From contig CAVPXA010000023.1 of assembly GCA_963709635.1 (NCBI GenBank), positions 20,602-84,601 of the forward strand: a stretch of DNA of 64,000 bases, written 5' to 3'. Positions 10,635 to 21,379 of the stretch are shown here, in pieces. Below the pieces are notes generated by a model. That model was not told where the DNA came from. It did no database searches and saw only the letters and a program-made list of their open reading frames with translations. Origin of the DNA: an uncultured Thermoleophilia bacterium (GTDB lineage: Bacteria; Actinomycetota; Thermoleophilia; UBA2241). Every line of letters starts with the position of its first letter. Positions within the stretch are counted from its first letter, which is position 1. The position numbers and the translations under genes were made by a program.

Positions 10635-11654
10635 TCAGCTCTCGAATGCGAAGCCGGAGAGGAAGACCTGCTCGCAGGCGGCTACCACCCGGGCGTCGTA
10701 GAGCGTGCCCGCGCCGGCGGAGACCTCCGCCAGAGCCGCCTCCACCCCGAGAGCCGCACGGTACGGCCGGTGCGACGACATCGCCTCCACCACGTCGGCG
10801 ACGGCGAGCACGCGCGCCTGCAGCAGGATCTCGTCGCCCTTGAGGCCGCGTGGGTACCCGGACCCGTCGAGACGCTCGTGGTGCTGCAGGATCACCTCGG
10901 CGACCGGCCGCCCGAAGTCGATGGACGCGAGGATGTCGTAGGCCACCTGTGGGTGCGCCTTGATCAGCGTGAACTCGTTGTGCGAGAGCTTCCCGGGGCG
11001 CGTGAGGATCTCCGCCGGCACCGCGATCTGGCCGATGTCGTGCATGCGCGCCGTGAGATCGAGCGTCTCTACGTCGTCCTCGTCGAGGCCGAGCTGGCGC
11101 CCGATGGCGACCACCAGCTCGGCCGAGCGGCGCTCGTGGCCGGCTGTGTACGGGTCGCGCATCTCGACGAGCGCGCCCATCGCGGCCACGGTGCCGGTCA
11201 GCGCCTCCCTGAGGCGGCCCTCGGCCAGACGGCGCGCGCGGTGCTCCGCGGACGCGCTGAGCGCGCGCCCGGCCGCGTAGGGCAGGCGCGCAAGGTGGTC
11301 CTTGGAGACGTAGTCGGCGGCTCCGAGCTTGAGCAGCTCGACGGCCGCCTCCTCGCCGATGGTGCCGGCCACGGAGATGACCGGCACGTCCGGACACGCG
11401 GCGAGCAGCTGGGCGAGCGCCTCACGGCAGTCCCAGCCGGGGAGAGTGTAGTCGAGCAGCGCCAGGTCGAAGCCGTCGCAGGAGGCCAGCGCCTCGCGCA
11501 ATTCGTCCTCCGACGCGACCCGTGTCACCTCGATCTGGTACCCGGCGCGCGAGAGGTTGAGCTGCTCCAGCTCGGCGTCTTCCTCGCGGTCGTCCACGCA
11601 CAGCAGCCGAAGCCGCGTGCCCGGCACGACATCTCCGTTTCCGCGTTCCATCAT
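10635..11654 (-). CDS. response regulator receiver + HD-GYP domain protein (putative c-di-GMP phosphodiesterase)
   Basis: Intact 339-aa ORF. Receiver domain (LLCVDDRE...LALLDYTLPG...SVAG...KLGAADYVSK). HD-GYP motifs present: TAGHERR, HDIGQIAVP, HHERLDGSGYPRGL. Confidence 0.85.
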   Translation of the reverse strand: MMERGNGDVVPGTRLRLLCVDDREEDAELEQLNLSRAGYQIEVTRVASEDELREALASCDGFDLALLDYTLPGWDCREALAQLLAACPDVPVISVAGTIGEEAAVELLKLGAADYVSKDHLARLPYAAGRALSASAEHRARRLAEGRLREALTGTVAAMGALVEMRDPYTAGHERRSAELVVAIGRQLGLDEDDVETLDLTARMHDIGQIAVPAEILTRPGKLSHNEFTLIKAHPQVAYDILASIDFGRPVAEVILQHHERLDGSGYPRGLKGDEILLQARVLAVADVVEAMSSHRPYRAALGVEAALAEVSAGAGTLYDARVVAACEQVFLSGFAFES

Positions 11655-11797
11655 GCGTGCACCGCCGACGGCGGCCCCCGGTCGGGCGGCGTTTCTCTCA
11701 CCGCGTTGTCTCCATGTGTCCCTGACTTACCCACGAGGCAGAGCGAAGCAAAGCGTTGCGGCCGATCCCGGCGACCTCGGAGTCCCCGCCTGGAGGG

Positions 11798-12691
11798 CTA
11801 CTTGCCGCCCCAGTCCTGCCTGATGGCCTTCCAGACGGCCTTGGCGACGGTCTGCGCGCCCTCGTCGGTGTAGTGGACGCCGTCGCCGCTGCGCAGGGAC
11901 TCGTCGATCTTGCCGCTCTTGGTCGAGAGCAGGTCATAGCTGTCGACGTACTCGATGTCGGGGCTGCTCGCGGCGACGCTCTCGAACAGCTCGTTGAGGT
12001 CGCGCATCTTCTTCGACTCGGAGGAGCTCGGCATGACCGGCATGCCGACCCAGTACACGCGGTCGACGCCGGCGCGCAGCATGATGGTCGCGATCTGCTT
12101 GGCGCGGCGCTCGTACTCCTCGAGCCAGGCCTTCTTGGGGTACATCACGCTCTTGCCGCCGGCGATCATGGGCATGCCGCTGTCGTTGGCGCCGATCATG
12201 AAGATGCCGACGTCCCAGCGGCCGGCGCTCATCTGCTGCTTGACGCGCGACGGCCAGTCCACGGGCTCGCCGTACGTGAGGCGGGAGCTCTCGACGTAGT
12301 CCGCCTTGACCTTGGCGAGCCCGTCCTTCTTGCGCAGGATGCCGAGCCACATGCCGGGCATGCCCGAGAGCGAGTCGCCGCCGAAGTAGACGCGCATCGG
12401 GTCCTTCTTGCTCGGCTTGTCCAGCGGCGGCTCGGGGGTCGGCGTCGGGGAGGGCGACGCCGCCGGGCTCGCGGCCGTCACGGAGGCGTCCGCAGAGGGT
12501 GAGGCGGCGGCCTCGGACGCGGACGGACCGGCGGAGGCGGCCGAGGTCGTCCCGTCCGCTGCAGGCGGCTCCGTCGCCTGCGGAGCGGCCGCGCCGCAGG
12601 CGGAGAGCGCGGCCGCAAACAGCAGGAGGGCGGCGATCAGCACTGCCGTCGCCGCCCGTGTCTGTGTCCTCTTCTGTCTCCGGATCCCCAT
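11798..12691 (-). CDS. SGNH/GDSL hydrolase-type lipoprotein (DUF459-like)
   Basis: Intact 297-aa ORF with lipobox AALSAC. SGNH blocks: YFGGDSLSG (block I), MIGANDSG (block III), DGVHYT (block V). Confidence 0.75.
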   Translation of the reverse strand: MGIRRQKRTQTRAATAVLIAALLLFAAALSACGAAAPQATEPPAADGTTSAASAGPSASEAAASPSADASVTAASPAASPSPTPTPEPPLDKPSKKDPMRVYFGGDSLSGMPGMWLGILRKKDGLAKVKADYVESSRLTYGEPVDWPSRVKQQMSAGRWDVGIFMIGANDSGMPMIAGGKSVMYPKKAWLEEYERRAKQIATIMLRAGVDRVYWVGMPVMPSSSESKKMRDLNELFESVAASSPDIEYVDSYDLLSTKSGKIDESLRSGDGVHYTDEGAQTVAKAVWKAIRQDWGGK

Positions 12692-12779
12692 CTGTGCTGC
12701 ACCTTACCCCGGGTCGGCTCGCCCGACCCCCGGAGACTGCGATTGCCTTCGTAGGGTCGAAGTGCGAAAGAATGGCCCA

Positions 12780-14464
12780 ATGCCGCGATCATCCGAGACG
12801 CGCGCCAGGCCGCCCAGGGCCCGCGCCAAGCTGTTCGCCCCACTCAGCTACGGGGGCATCCTCGGCGCCCTCGTCTTCTTCGGCTTCTCGCTGACCCCTT
12901 CCCTGCTGCCGCGCAGCCCGCTGCTGCAGGGGCTCGTGACGGGCGTGTCCATCGCCGCCGGGTACGGGCTGGGCGCACTCGTCTACTGGGCGGCGAGCAA
13001 GGCCACGTCGTGGCGGCCGTCGCCGCGGGGCCGCCGCATCGCCTGGATCGCGCTCGCCGCAGCCGGCGTCGCCTTCGTCGTGCCCTGGCTGTACGTGGGC
13101 GGCGTGTGGAACAACCAGACGCGCGAGCTCATGACGCTCGAGCCGGGCTCCCCCTGGTCGCCGGCGGCGGCCCTGCCGATCGCGTTGCTCATCTGGTTCA
13201 TCCTGCTGGCGATCGCGCGCCTGCTGCGCTGGGCGGCGCGCGCCATCGGCAACCTGCTCTCGCGCTGGGTCCCGCGGAACGCCGCCATCGTGCTCGGCGC
13301 GGTCATCGTCGCCATCCCGCTCCTGATCGCCTTCAGCGCATTCCTCACCAAGGCGTCGTCGCTCGCCGACAGCGTGTACGGCAAGACCAACGACACCACC
13401 GCGGAGGGCGCGACGAAGCCGACGAGCCCGCTGCGCTCCGGCGGCCCGGGCTCGCTCGTCACCTGGGACTCGCTCGGCATGCAGGGCCGCAACTTCATCG
13501 GCCGCGGCCCCGACGCCGAGGAGCTCGGGGAGTTCAGCGGCGAGCCGGCCGAGGAGCCGATCCGCGTGTACGTCGGCGTGGAGAGCGCGCCGACGGCGGA
13601 GGAGCGTGCGCAGCTTGCGCTGCAAGGAGCTCGACCGCACGGACGCCTGGTCGCGTCGAGGTGCTCGTCGTCATGGGCACCACCGGCACCGGCTGGATCG
13701 AGCCGCAATCCGCCGACCCGCTCGAGTACATCTGGAACGGAGACAGCGCCGAGGTGACGATCCAGTACTCGTACCTGCCCAGCTGGATCTCGTTCCTCGT
13801 GGACAAGCAGCGCGCCGAGGACGCGGGGCAGGCCCTGTTCGCCGCCGTCCACGAGCGCTGGTCGCAGCTGCCGGCGGACGCGCGACCGAGGCTGTACGCC
13901 TACGGCCTCAGCCTCGGCTCGTTCGCCCAGCAGGCGGCGTTCGCGGACGTGGGCGCAGTGCACAGACGCAGACCAACGGGGCCGTGTTCATCGGCACGCC
14001 CAACGACACGAGCGCTCTGGCGCGCCGTGGTGAGCAGGCCGCGACGCCGGCAGCCCGGAGTGGCAGCCGGTCATCGAGCAGGGGCAGTAGCGTCCGCTTC
14101 GCCGCCTCGCCGGAGAACTACGCGAACCCGCCGGGTCCGTGGAACGAGCCCCGGCTCCTCTATCTGCAGCACGCCTCCGACCCCGTGGTGTGGTGGTACT
14201 GGAGCATCCTGTGGAGCCGGCCCGACTGGCTCGCCGAGCCCCGCGGGCCGGACGTCAACACGGCGTCCTTCTGGTTCCCCTTCGTCTCCTGGGCGCAGGT
14301 CACCGTGGACCAGTTCCACGGCACCGGCGTGCCGAACGGCCACGGCCACAACTACGGCAACATGATGGTCTCCGCCTGGGCGGAGCTCGGAGCGGCCCGC
14401 CGGCTGGACGGACGCCGACACGGTGAAGCTCCAGCAGCGGATCGATGCCTACGCCATCGAGTAG
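12780..14464 (+). pseudogene. alpha/beta-hydrolase family membrane protein (Abhydrolase_9-like), at least 7 frameshifts
   Basis: ATG 12780. N-terminal 4-TM region, then the hydrolase domain (GTTGTGWIEPQSADPLEYIWNGDSAEVTIQYSYLPSW, YAYGLSLGS, LWRAVVSR-RDAGSPEWQPVIEQG-SVRFAASPENY, LYLQHASDPVVWW, PNGHGHNYG). Following these motifs needs frame changes near 13622, 13657, 13960, 14012, 14038, 14088 and 14395. TAG stop at 14462-14464. Confidence 0.75.
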
Positions 14465-14512
14465 CGGCGCGGGGCCGCCGGCCGGCCCGCCGCGACGGCG
14501 CGACGGCCGGCC

Positions 14513-15223
14513 GTGGAAGCGGAGCGGCGGCGGCGCTCGAGATCGGCGCCGCCGCGGCCGTCCTCGCCTACGGCGTGCTCATCAACCGGGTCGTCCCGAG
14601 CGAGCTCTACGTGCCGGTCAACCTCGCCGCCGGCGTCGCCGCGGTCGCGGCGGTCCATGCTCTCGGCGCCGGCTGGCGCGACCTCGGTCTGGCCCGCGAC
14701 CGCATGCTGGCCGGCCTCAGGCTCGGCGGCCTCACGCTCATCCCCATCGCCGCCGCCGTGGGGCTCGGCCTCGCGATCCCGTGGACGCGTGAGTTCTTCC
14801 GCGACACCACCATCGTCAACGCGAGCACGCCGGAGGCCCTCTACACCGATCCTGCTGCGCATCCCGATCGGGACGGCGATGGCCGAGGAGCTCATCTTCC
14901 GCGGGGCGCTCCTGGGCCTCTTCCTGCAGCGGCACCGTCCCTGGGTGGCCGCCGCGCTCAGCTCGGCCGTCTTCGGCGTGTGGCACGTGCTGCCGACGCT
15001 GAACTCCCTGGACACCAACCCGGGGGCGTCGGCGACGAGCGGCAGCCTTCTGCTCCAGGCGGCGGCGGTGGCGTTCGTCGTGCTCGCGACCGGGGTCGCC
15101 GGCATGTTCTTCAGCTGGCTGCGTCTGCGCTCCGGCAGCATCCTCGCGCCGTGGCTCACGCACACCGGCTTCAACGCGATCGGCTACATCGGCAGCCGGC
15201 TGGAGGGGCTGATCTCGCGATAG
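14513..15223 (+). pseudogene. CPBP family intramembrane glutamic endopeptidase (CAAX protease-like), frameshifted
   Basis: The N-terminal TM part (LEIGAAAAVLAYGVLINRVVPSELYVPVNLAAGVAAVAAV...) is in the frame of ORF 13606. The C-terminal part is in ORF 14513..15223, with motifs EELIFRG, FGVWH and HTGFN. Shift near 14848. The true start is uncertain (14445-14513). Confidence 0.7.
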
Positions 15224-15297
15224 CGCCGGCGGCGCCGGGCGGCAGGCCGGACGCGGTGACGACCGACGCGCGCCTCTCCGTCTGCTAAGGTCCGCGC

Positions 15298-16114
15298 ATG
15301 CTCGACGTCGTCCCGGCACTGCTCGTCGCGGCCGTGATCGCCGCGGCGCTCTGGCTCCTGTGGCGCCGCCTCGCCGGCGCGGCCCGCTCGCGCCCGCGCG
15401 CCGCTCTCCGCGTCGTCGCCGTCGTCCTCGTGGCGCTCGCCGTCACCGGCTACGGCGCGTTCCGCCTCTCCAAGACCCGCGACGTCCAGCTGCTCGGCGA
15501 GCTGGTCACGCACGTCCACACGAGCGAGAAGGTGGTCGCGCTCACCTTCGACGACGGCCCGGTGTCCGAGCACACGGCCGGCGTCATCAAGACGCTGAAG
15601 GCACACGACGCAGTCGGCACGTTCTTCGTCACCGGGCACGACGCCGAGCAGGCGCCGGGGGCGCTGAAGGCGCTGGTCGCGGCCGGCGAGCAGATCGGCA
15701 ACCACACGTGGTCGCATCCCCGGTTGCTGGCGATGTCGCAGGACGCGATCGCCGGCGAGATCGAGCGCACGGACGCGGAGATCCGGGCCGCCGGCTACGC
15801 CGGGCCCATCTACTTCCGCCCACCCAACGGCAAGCGCCTGCTGGCGGCGCCGTGGTACCTGTGGCGGCACGACCGCACCACGGTGATGTGGACGCTGGAG
15901 CCCGACTCGATCGGGGGCATCGCCGACGACCCGGATGCACTCGTCGCCTACGTGCGCGAGAACGTGGCGCCCGGGCGACATCATCCTGCTGCACGTGATG
16001 TACGAGAGCCGCGGGGCCACGCGCAAGGCGCTGCCGCGCATCCTCAAGGCGCTGGCCGCCGACGGCTACCGCTTCGTCACGGTCTCCCAGCTCCTCGCGC
16101 TGCGCGAGAGCTGA
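15298..16114 (+). pseudogene. polysaccharide deacetylase (NodB homology domain), frameshifted
   Basis: TM helix, then ALTFDDGP, FFVTG, IGNHTWSHP. After VRENVAPG the reading continues one frame over (DIILLHVMYESRGATRKALPRILKALAADGYRFVTVSQLLALRES*). One extra G in GGG 15973-15975. TGA at 16112-16114. Length is 817 nt = 3n+1. Confidence 0.85.
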
Positions 16115-16143
16115 CCGGCGCCGGGCGCGACCCGGGCGCCCGC

Positions 16144-17565
16144 CTACTCCGTCAGGTCGAGCAGCACCCTGTCGTAGAACCCGACCACCAGCCGCTCGTA
16201 CTCCTCGGGCTGCGCCTGGAACCCCCCGGTGTGCCCGGCGCCCGGGACCTCCCAGATGCTCTTGGGGTCGAAGGCGGCGTCGTAGTACACGGGGTTGACC
16301 GCCTTCTCGACCTCCTGGCCGTCCTCGCCGAAGATGAACAGGACGGCCCGCGGGCCGATGAGCAGCGAGGCGTTCTTGAGCGACATGGGGACGTCCTCGC
16401 CGCCGAGCAGCCAGACCGAGACCGTCTGCACGAGGTCCTGCGGGTACTGCAGCGCCAGCTCGATGGGGCTGGGGCCGCGGCGGAGCAGGGCCTCGCGGAC
16501 CGAGCGGATGCCCGCGCCCTCGCTCACCACAGCCTTGAGCCCGGTGTTGCGGGCGGCGGCCTCGAGCATCTGCTCGCCGCCCACCGAGAGGCCGAGGCCG
16601 CCGACGCGCCGCCGCTGCACCTCCGGCCGGCCGCGCAGCCACGCCACCGCTGCGTCGATGTCCTTGGTCGACCCCCAGCCGTAGGCGTTGGGGTCGCCCT
16701 CGCTCTCGCCGTAGCCGCGCGGGTCCACGAGGAGCACCCCGTAGCCGTGCTTCGCGAGCATGCGCGCCTGCCCGATGGTCCACTCCCGCGGGAACGTGAT
16801 GATCGCGGCGCGGTTCTGCGACGGGACGTACCAGGCGCTGAGCTTGACGCCGTCGCGCGTCACCAGCGTGACGTCCTCGTACGGACGGCCGAGATCGGCC
16901 GCCTCGACGTCCGAGTGCGGTCGCTCGGTGGCGATGATGGCCATGCCCACGGGCAGGACCACCCAGTACACGACGAGCAGCGCGGCCACGGCGACGATGG
17001 CGCGGCGGAGGACGGTCCACCACAGCGGTCCGCCGCGCTTGCGCGAGACGCAGGCGATCCACACGCCGAGGGGGAGCAGGACGGCGCCGGCGACCAGCGG
17101 CACCACGCCGACCAGCGCGCCGGCGCTCACGCCCTCGACGAGGAGCCGGTCGACGGCAACGGCGCCGCTCACCAGAGCGAACACGCCCATGAGCAGGCAG
17201 AGCGACGCACGCACCCCGGCCGGCATGCGCGGGTAGAGCTCGGCGAAGAGAGCGAGGATCGCGGCCGGCAGCAGCGCCGCGAGCACGTGGTCCTCGCGGT
17301 GCACCCCCGGCCTCACGAATACGAGGTACGCCAGCAGGAGGTAGACCGCGATGGCGAGCGTGGCGACCACGAAGGCCCGGCGCTCGCGGGGGCCCGGCCG
17401 GCGGTGAGGCGCCTCGTCCGCGCCGCCGGCGACGTCGCCCTGGACGCCGGAGCCGTTGCGGACGCCGGTGCCGGAGGTGGGGCCGTCGCCGGAGGTGTCG
17501 CCGCTGCCGTTCATCTCGAGGGCGGCAGCCGCAGGGGTGGTGGCATCTGGGCCGGTCGTGCTCAC
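16144..17565 (-). CDS. alpha/beta hydrolase with N-terminal multi-TM domain
   Basis: Intact 473-aa ORF. GTG 17565 is preceded by GGGAGGG. About 5 TM helices, then the hydrolase fold (LVDPRGYGESEG, nucleophile elbow GLSVGG). Confidence 0.8.
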   Translation of the reverse strand: MSTTGPDATTPAAAALEMNGSGDTSGDGPTSGTGVRNGSGVQGDVAGGADEAPHRRPGPRERRAFVVATLAIAVYLLLAYLVFVRPGVHREDHVLAALLPAAILALFAELYPRMPAGVRASLCLLMGVFALVSGAVAVDRLLVEGVSAGALVGVVPLVAGAVLLPLGVWIACVSRKRGGPLWWTVLRRAIVAVAALLVVYWVVLPVGMAIIATERPHSDVEAADLGRPYEDVTLVTRDGVKLSAWYVPSQNRAAIITFPREWTIGQARMLAKHGYGVLLVDPRGYGESEGDPNAYGWGSTKDIDAAVAWLRGRPEVQRRRVGGLGLSVGGEQMLEAAARNTGLKAVVSEGAGIRSVREALLRRGPSPIELALQYPQDLVQTVSVWLLGGEDVPMSLKNASLLIGPRAVLFIFGEDGQEVEKAVNPVYYDAAFDPKSIWEVPGAGHTGGFQAQPEEYERLVVGFYDRVLLDLTE

Positions 17566-17607
17566 GCGGACCCTCCCAGGTCGCTCGCCAGTACTTCCCG
17601 CACAGGA

Positions 17608-18908
17608 TTATAGTGCCGGCGGGCTCTGCGCGTCGGCGCCGGCGGGCGCGGCGGCGGACGGCGCCTCGCGCTCGTCGTCGCGACGCAGGGTCGCGAGCAC
17701 GGCGGACGGATCCCGCAGCCGCGAGACGAGCCACGGCGCACACCGCGAGCAGCACGCTCATCAGCAGCAGCGACACCGCGAACGACCCGCTGCCGGTGCG
17801 CAGCGGGCCCATGATGTAGACGAACACGACGGAGCACTGGCCGAACAGCTGGACGAGGCCGTTGGAGGTGCCCTCCGGCGTGGGGAACGTCACCTCCGCG
17901 GCGTACTGCATGCCGATGGGCAGGGCGCCGACGATGAAGAACCCGAGCGCGGCGGCGCACGCGTACAGCAGCACGGTGGTGGAGACGAACGCCACGCCGA
18001 TCAGGCTGGGGATGGCGAGCGTGAGCGTGAGCACCAGGTAGCGGATGCGCTTGCCCTGCCGGTCCGACAGCGCCGAGAGGACCACCGCGCCGACGACGCC
18101 GGCGACCAGCATGAGCGCGCCCAGGGCGCCGGCGTCGGTGGCGCCGAACCCCCGCGGCAGGATGATGTCACCCACCCACGTCGTGACCCCGTTGAAGACG
18201 CCCATGATGACGAAGGCCACGGCGAGGATGACGAGGAACGGCTTGACGGTGAGCGCGTGCTTGAGCCCGTCGAGCATGAGCGCCCGGACCTCCGCCCCGG
18301 CGGGTCCGGGCGCCGTCGCCGGCCTCTCGCGGGCGACGAGCAGGAACGCCACCGCGGACATCGCGGCGGCGACGCCGTAGACCAGCTGCATGTCGGCGAT
18401 GGACATGATGCCGGCGAGGATCGGTGAGACGGCCATGCCGACCGCCACTCCGAGCATGCTCGCCAGGGTGATCAGGCCCGACGGCCGTGGCGCGCTCGTT
18501 GGCCGGGAACCAGTTGGCCGGCACCTTGGTCCACGAGTCGAGCAGGAACGGCTGCGCGACGGCGATGCCGACGGTGCTCGCGAGCACCAGCGGATAGCTG
18601 TCTCCGGCCAGGCCGCGCGCCACGCCGAACACGCCCATCATGACCACGCCGAACCCGACCGCGGTGCGGAACCCGCGCGAGTCGATGACCCAGGCGGCCG
18701 GCAGCGACAGCGGGATGAAGGCGATCATGAACACCATGGCCAGCAGGCTGACCATCTGGTGCGACACGCCGTAGAAGTCGGCGGCGTCGGCGATGATCGG
18801 CGCGTAGCTGATCCAGAGCACCTGGATGAGGACGTTGACCAGCATGAACACGCCGAGGACCACCCAGCGGTAGCCGTACACACGGTACTCCGCCACCTGT
18901 TCGCTCAC
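17608..18908 (-). pseudogene. MFS transporter, two frameshifts
   Basis: The N-terminal half is in ORF 18168..18908, up to WFPANERATAVG. It continues (LITLASMLGVAVGMAVSPILAG...) in ORF 15629..18457 after an extra base at CCC 18477-18479. The C-terminal tail (SRLRDPSAVLATLRRDDERE...PPAL*) needs a second shift near 17730-17745 to reach TAA 17608-17610. Otherwise the frame runs through the next gene. Length is 1301 nt = 3n+2. Confidence 0.75.
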
Positions 18909-20518
18909 GTCGTCCCCCGGTCGCCGCGGTTGATGCGCCTGTACACGGGGCGCATCTGTCGGTGGATCTCGATGAAGGTCTCGTAACTCGCATCGTAGAC
19001 CTCACGGGCCGCGGCGTCAGGCTCGAACTCGCCGTCGAACTCCACGAGCCGCGTCACGTCGCCGAACGAGATCTCGCCGAGCCCGGCGGCGGCGATCCAC
19101 GCCGCTCCCCGGGCGTTTGCCTGGATCGGGTCGCGCACGCGGCGGACGGTCACCCCGAGCACGTCCGCCACGATCTGCGCCCAGACGTCCGACTGGCCGC
19201 CGCCACCGACCAGGTTGAGGCTCTCGACGGGCCGGCCCAGGAACTTGCCGACCGGCCCGAGCAGCCAGCGCGTGTTGAGGGCGACGCCCTCGAAGAACGC
19301 GCGCACGATGTCCTCGCGCGTGTTGGCCAGCGAGAGGTTGTGGAGGCCGGCGCGCAGCGTCCGGTCGTCCACCGGGGCGCGCTCTCCCCAGATCCACGGC
19401 GTGTACAGCACGCCGTTGCTGCCCGGCGGCACGCGCCCCGCGATCTGGTCGAAGATCTTGAAGACGTCCGGCTGCTCCGCCTCGGCCAGCAGCTCATCCT
19501 GGTGGTAGAGCACGTTGTCGCGCAGCCAGGTGAGGTTTCCTCCGGCCGTGGCCTGCAGCGCGGTGAGCAGCCAGCGGCCGGGCACCGCGCACGGCAGCGA
19601 CGCGAGGCTGTGGATCACGTCGGTCTTCTTGAACGGCACGTGCGCCGCCATCCAGGACGACGTGCCGAGGTAGAGGTGCACGGCAAGGTCGTCCGTCGTG
19701 CCGGCGCCGACCGCGGCGGCCGTGGTGTCGATGGCGCCGGCGACGACCTGCGTCTCCGGCGCCAGCCCGAGCTCCTCGGCCGCGGCCGGCGTGAGCCGGC
19801 CGAGCACCTCGGTGCACTTGACGATCTCCGGCAGCTTGTCGCCGTCGATGCCGCAGTCGCGCACGAGCGCGGCGTCGTACCGGACGTCGTCCGCGTCCCG
19901 GTTGTCCGTCACCCAGTCGGTCATGATCGAGTCATAGCTCGCGGCCACGCGCCCGGTGAGCTTGAGGTTCAGGTAGTCCGGTACGTTGAGGAACTTGTAC
20001 GTGCGCTCGTACACCTGCGGCATCTCGTCGCGGATGTACAGCATGTGGGCCGCCGGGTCCTTGCCCGTCGGCGACGGCATGCCGCCGGTGAGCTTCACCC
20101 AGCGCCGGACCTTGAGCAGGCTGATGCCCTGCATGGCCGGGAACCCACCGAACTGCCGCCGCAGGTGCGGCGCGCCGCGCATGTCCATCCAGAGGATGCA
20201 GTTCGTGAGCGGCGCGCCGGACTCGTCCACGGGCACCGTGCCCTCGCTCTGCGTGCTGCAGCACACGGCGGCGACCTCGACGGCCGGACCGTCGTGGCGG
20301 GCGAGCAGTCGCCGCGTGGCGGCGACCACGGCCCGCCACCAGTCGTCCGGCCGCTGCTCCGCGCCGCCGCCCGGCAGCACGAGCAGCTCGACGGGCGCGA
20401 ACTCCCAGGCGGCCACGCGCCCGTCGACCCCGATCAGCGCGACCTTGGCCCCGGACGTGCCGAGGTCGACGGCAAGGATGTACCGATTGATGGACTGCTG
20501 CACGTTAGTCACACCCAA
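18905..20518 (-). CDS. FGGY family carbohydrate kinase
   Basis: Intact 537-aa ORF with motif YILAVDLGTSGAKVAL and the FGGY N- and C-terminal domains. Its stop overlaps the MFS start. The exact start (TTG 20518 or GTG 20503) is uncertain. Confidence 0.85.
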   Translation of the reverse strand: MGVTNVQQSINRYILAVDLGTSGAKVALIGVDGRVAAWEFAPVELLVLPGGGAEQRPDDWWRAVVAATRRLLARHDGPAVEVAAVCCSTQSEGTVPVDESGAPLTNCILWMDMRGAPHLRRQFGGFPAMQGISLLKVRRWVKLTGGMPSPTGKDPAAHMLYIRDEMPQVYERTYKFLNVPDYLNLKLTGRVAASYDSIMTDWVTDNRDADDVRYDAALVRDCGIDGDKLPEIVKCTEVLGRLTPAAAEELGLAPETQVVAGAIDTTAAAVGAGTTDDLAVHLYLGTSSWMAAHVPFKKTDVIHSLASLPCAVPGRWLLTALQATAGGNLTWLRDNVLYHQDELLAEAEQPDVFKIFDQIAGRVPPGSNGVLYTPWIWGERAPVDDRTLRAGLHNLSLANTREDIVRAFFEGVALNTRWLLGPVGKFLGRPVESLNLVGGGGQSDVWAQIVADVLGVTVRRVRDPIQANARGAAWIAAAGLGEISFGDVTRLVEFDGEFEPDAAAREVYDASYETFIEIHRQMRPVYRRINRGDRGTT

Positions 20519-20582
20519 CGTAACTTACAGAGGATGCCGGTGACGTCAACTGGCGCTCGAGCGGTTCGCCCCATTCCCGGAG

Positions 20583-21005
20583 CTAGGGCTCTCGCCAGCG
20601 AAACCCGGAGAACAGCGCGAAGTCCCTGTCGGCGCTGACGAGCACCGCCCCGGTCTCGACGGCCAGGGCGGCGAGGTACGCGTCGGTGACGAGGTCGCCG
20701 CGTGCATCCGCCCGCCGGCAGAACCCCTCGAACAGCGCGAGGTGGTCGCGGCCGGGGTTGAGCAGCAGCGCGTTCGGGTGCGCGACCAGCGAGCTGACGA
20801 AGGCGAACGCCTGCTCGTGAGTGTCGGGCGGGCGGAACACTCGCGGGTGCGTGAGGATGCGCACCAGACCGATGAGCACCGGAGCGCACAGACCGAACGC
20901 CTCGTCGCCCGCGAAGACGGCCTGCAGCCAGTCGCGGCACGGCTCGTGCATCGGGCTGTCGGAGCGGTGGGCGGAGATCAGGACGTTCAGGTCCGGCAGG
21001 AGCAC
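20583..21005 (-). CDS. vapC: type II toxin-antitoxin system VapC family toxin (PIN domain)
   Basis: LLPDLNVLISAHR...DAYLAALAVETGAVLVSADRDFALF is a PIN acidic-residue pattern. GTG 21005 lies 10 nt after the antitoxin stop. The longer ORF start at 21113 would overlap the antitoxin. Confidence 0.75.
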   Translation of the reverse strand: MLLPDLNVLISAHRSDSPMHEPCRDWLQAVFAGDEAFGLCAPVLIGLVRILTHPRVFRPPDTHEQAFAFVSSLVAHPNALLLNPGRDHLALFEGFCRRADARGDLVTDAYLAALAVETGAVLVSADRDFALFSGFRWREP

Positions 21006-21015
21006 GGGGAGGCTC

Positions 21016-21279
21016 TCAGCGCCCGCTCGCCGGCTCGCCCGGCGTGCCGGACAGGTACGGCGCCAGAGCGGCGTTGCTCGAGAGGTCCACGCCGGGCGCG
21101 AGCCCCTGGCCACCGACGATGGGGAACTCCACCGGCCGGGTCGCGGCCACGTCGCGCTCGCGGCTGAGATGCTCGCGCAGCGCGTCCTCGATGAGCCGGC
21201 TGAGCGTTTGGTGGGTCTCCGCCGACCGCCGCTTGAACTCCGCGAGCACCTCGGCGTCGAGATTCAGGGTGGTACGCAT
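21016..21279 (-). CDS. vapB: type II antitoxin (ribbon-helix-helix, VapB-like)
   Basis: MRTTLNLDAEVLAEFKRRSAETHQTLSRLIEDALREHL. ATG 21279 is preceded by GGAGA. It sits directly upstream of the PIN gene. Confidence 0.7.
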   Translation of the reverse strand: MRTTLNLDAEVLAEFKRRSAETHQTLSRLIEDALREHLSRERDVAATRPVEFPIVGGQGLAPGVDLSSNAALAPYLSGTPGEPASGR

Positions 21280-21379
21280 GATGGTCTCCATGGCCTGAGC
21301 ATGCCGCCATGACATCATAACATCAAAACATCACCCGGTTGACGTTGTGGCGGCGTGAGCCCCTTCGGGCGCGGCGGCC

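Noticed and set aside
11655-11797. Hairpin CCGCCGAC...GTCGGGCGG followed by TTTCTCT as an intrinsic terminator
   Set aside because: It has plus-strand terminator polarity, but both flanking genes are on the minus strand. It lies in the 5' region of the response-regulator gene, so its function is unclear.
8055-11873. Very long ORFs in the track (for example 8055..11873 +, 15629..18457 -, 800..3850 +, 22346..24739 -, 58623..60587 +)
   Set aside because: These are high-GC stop-codon-poor artefacts. Beyond the portion that matches a real gene they are Arg/Gly/Pro/Ala-rich, and they run antisense to or across clearly recognisable genes.
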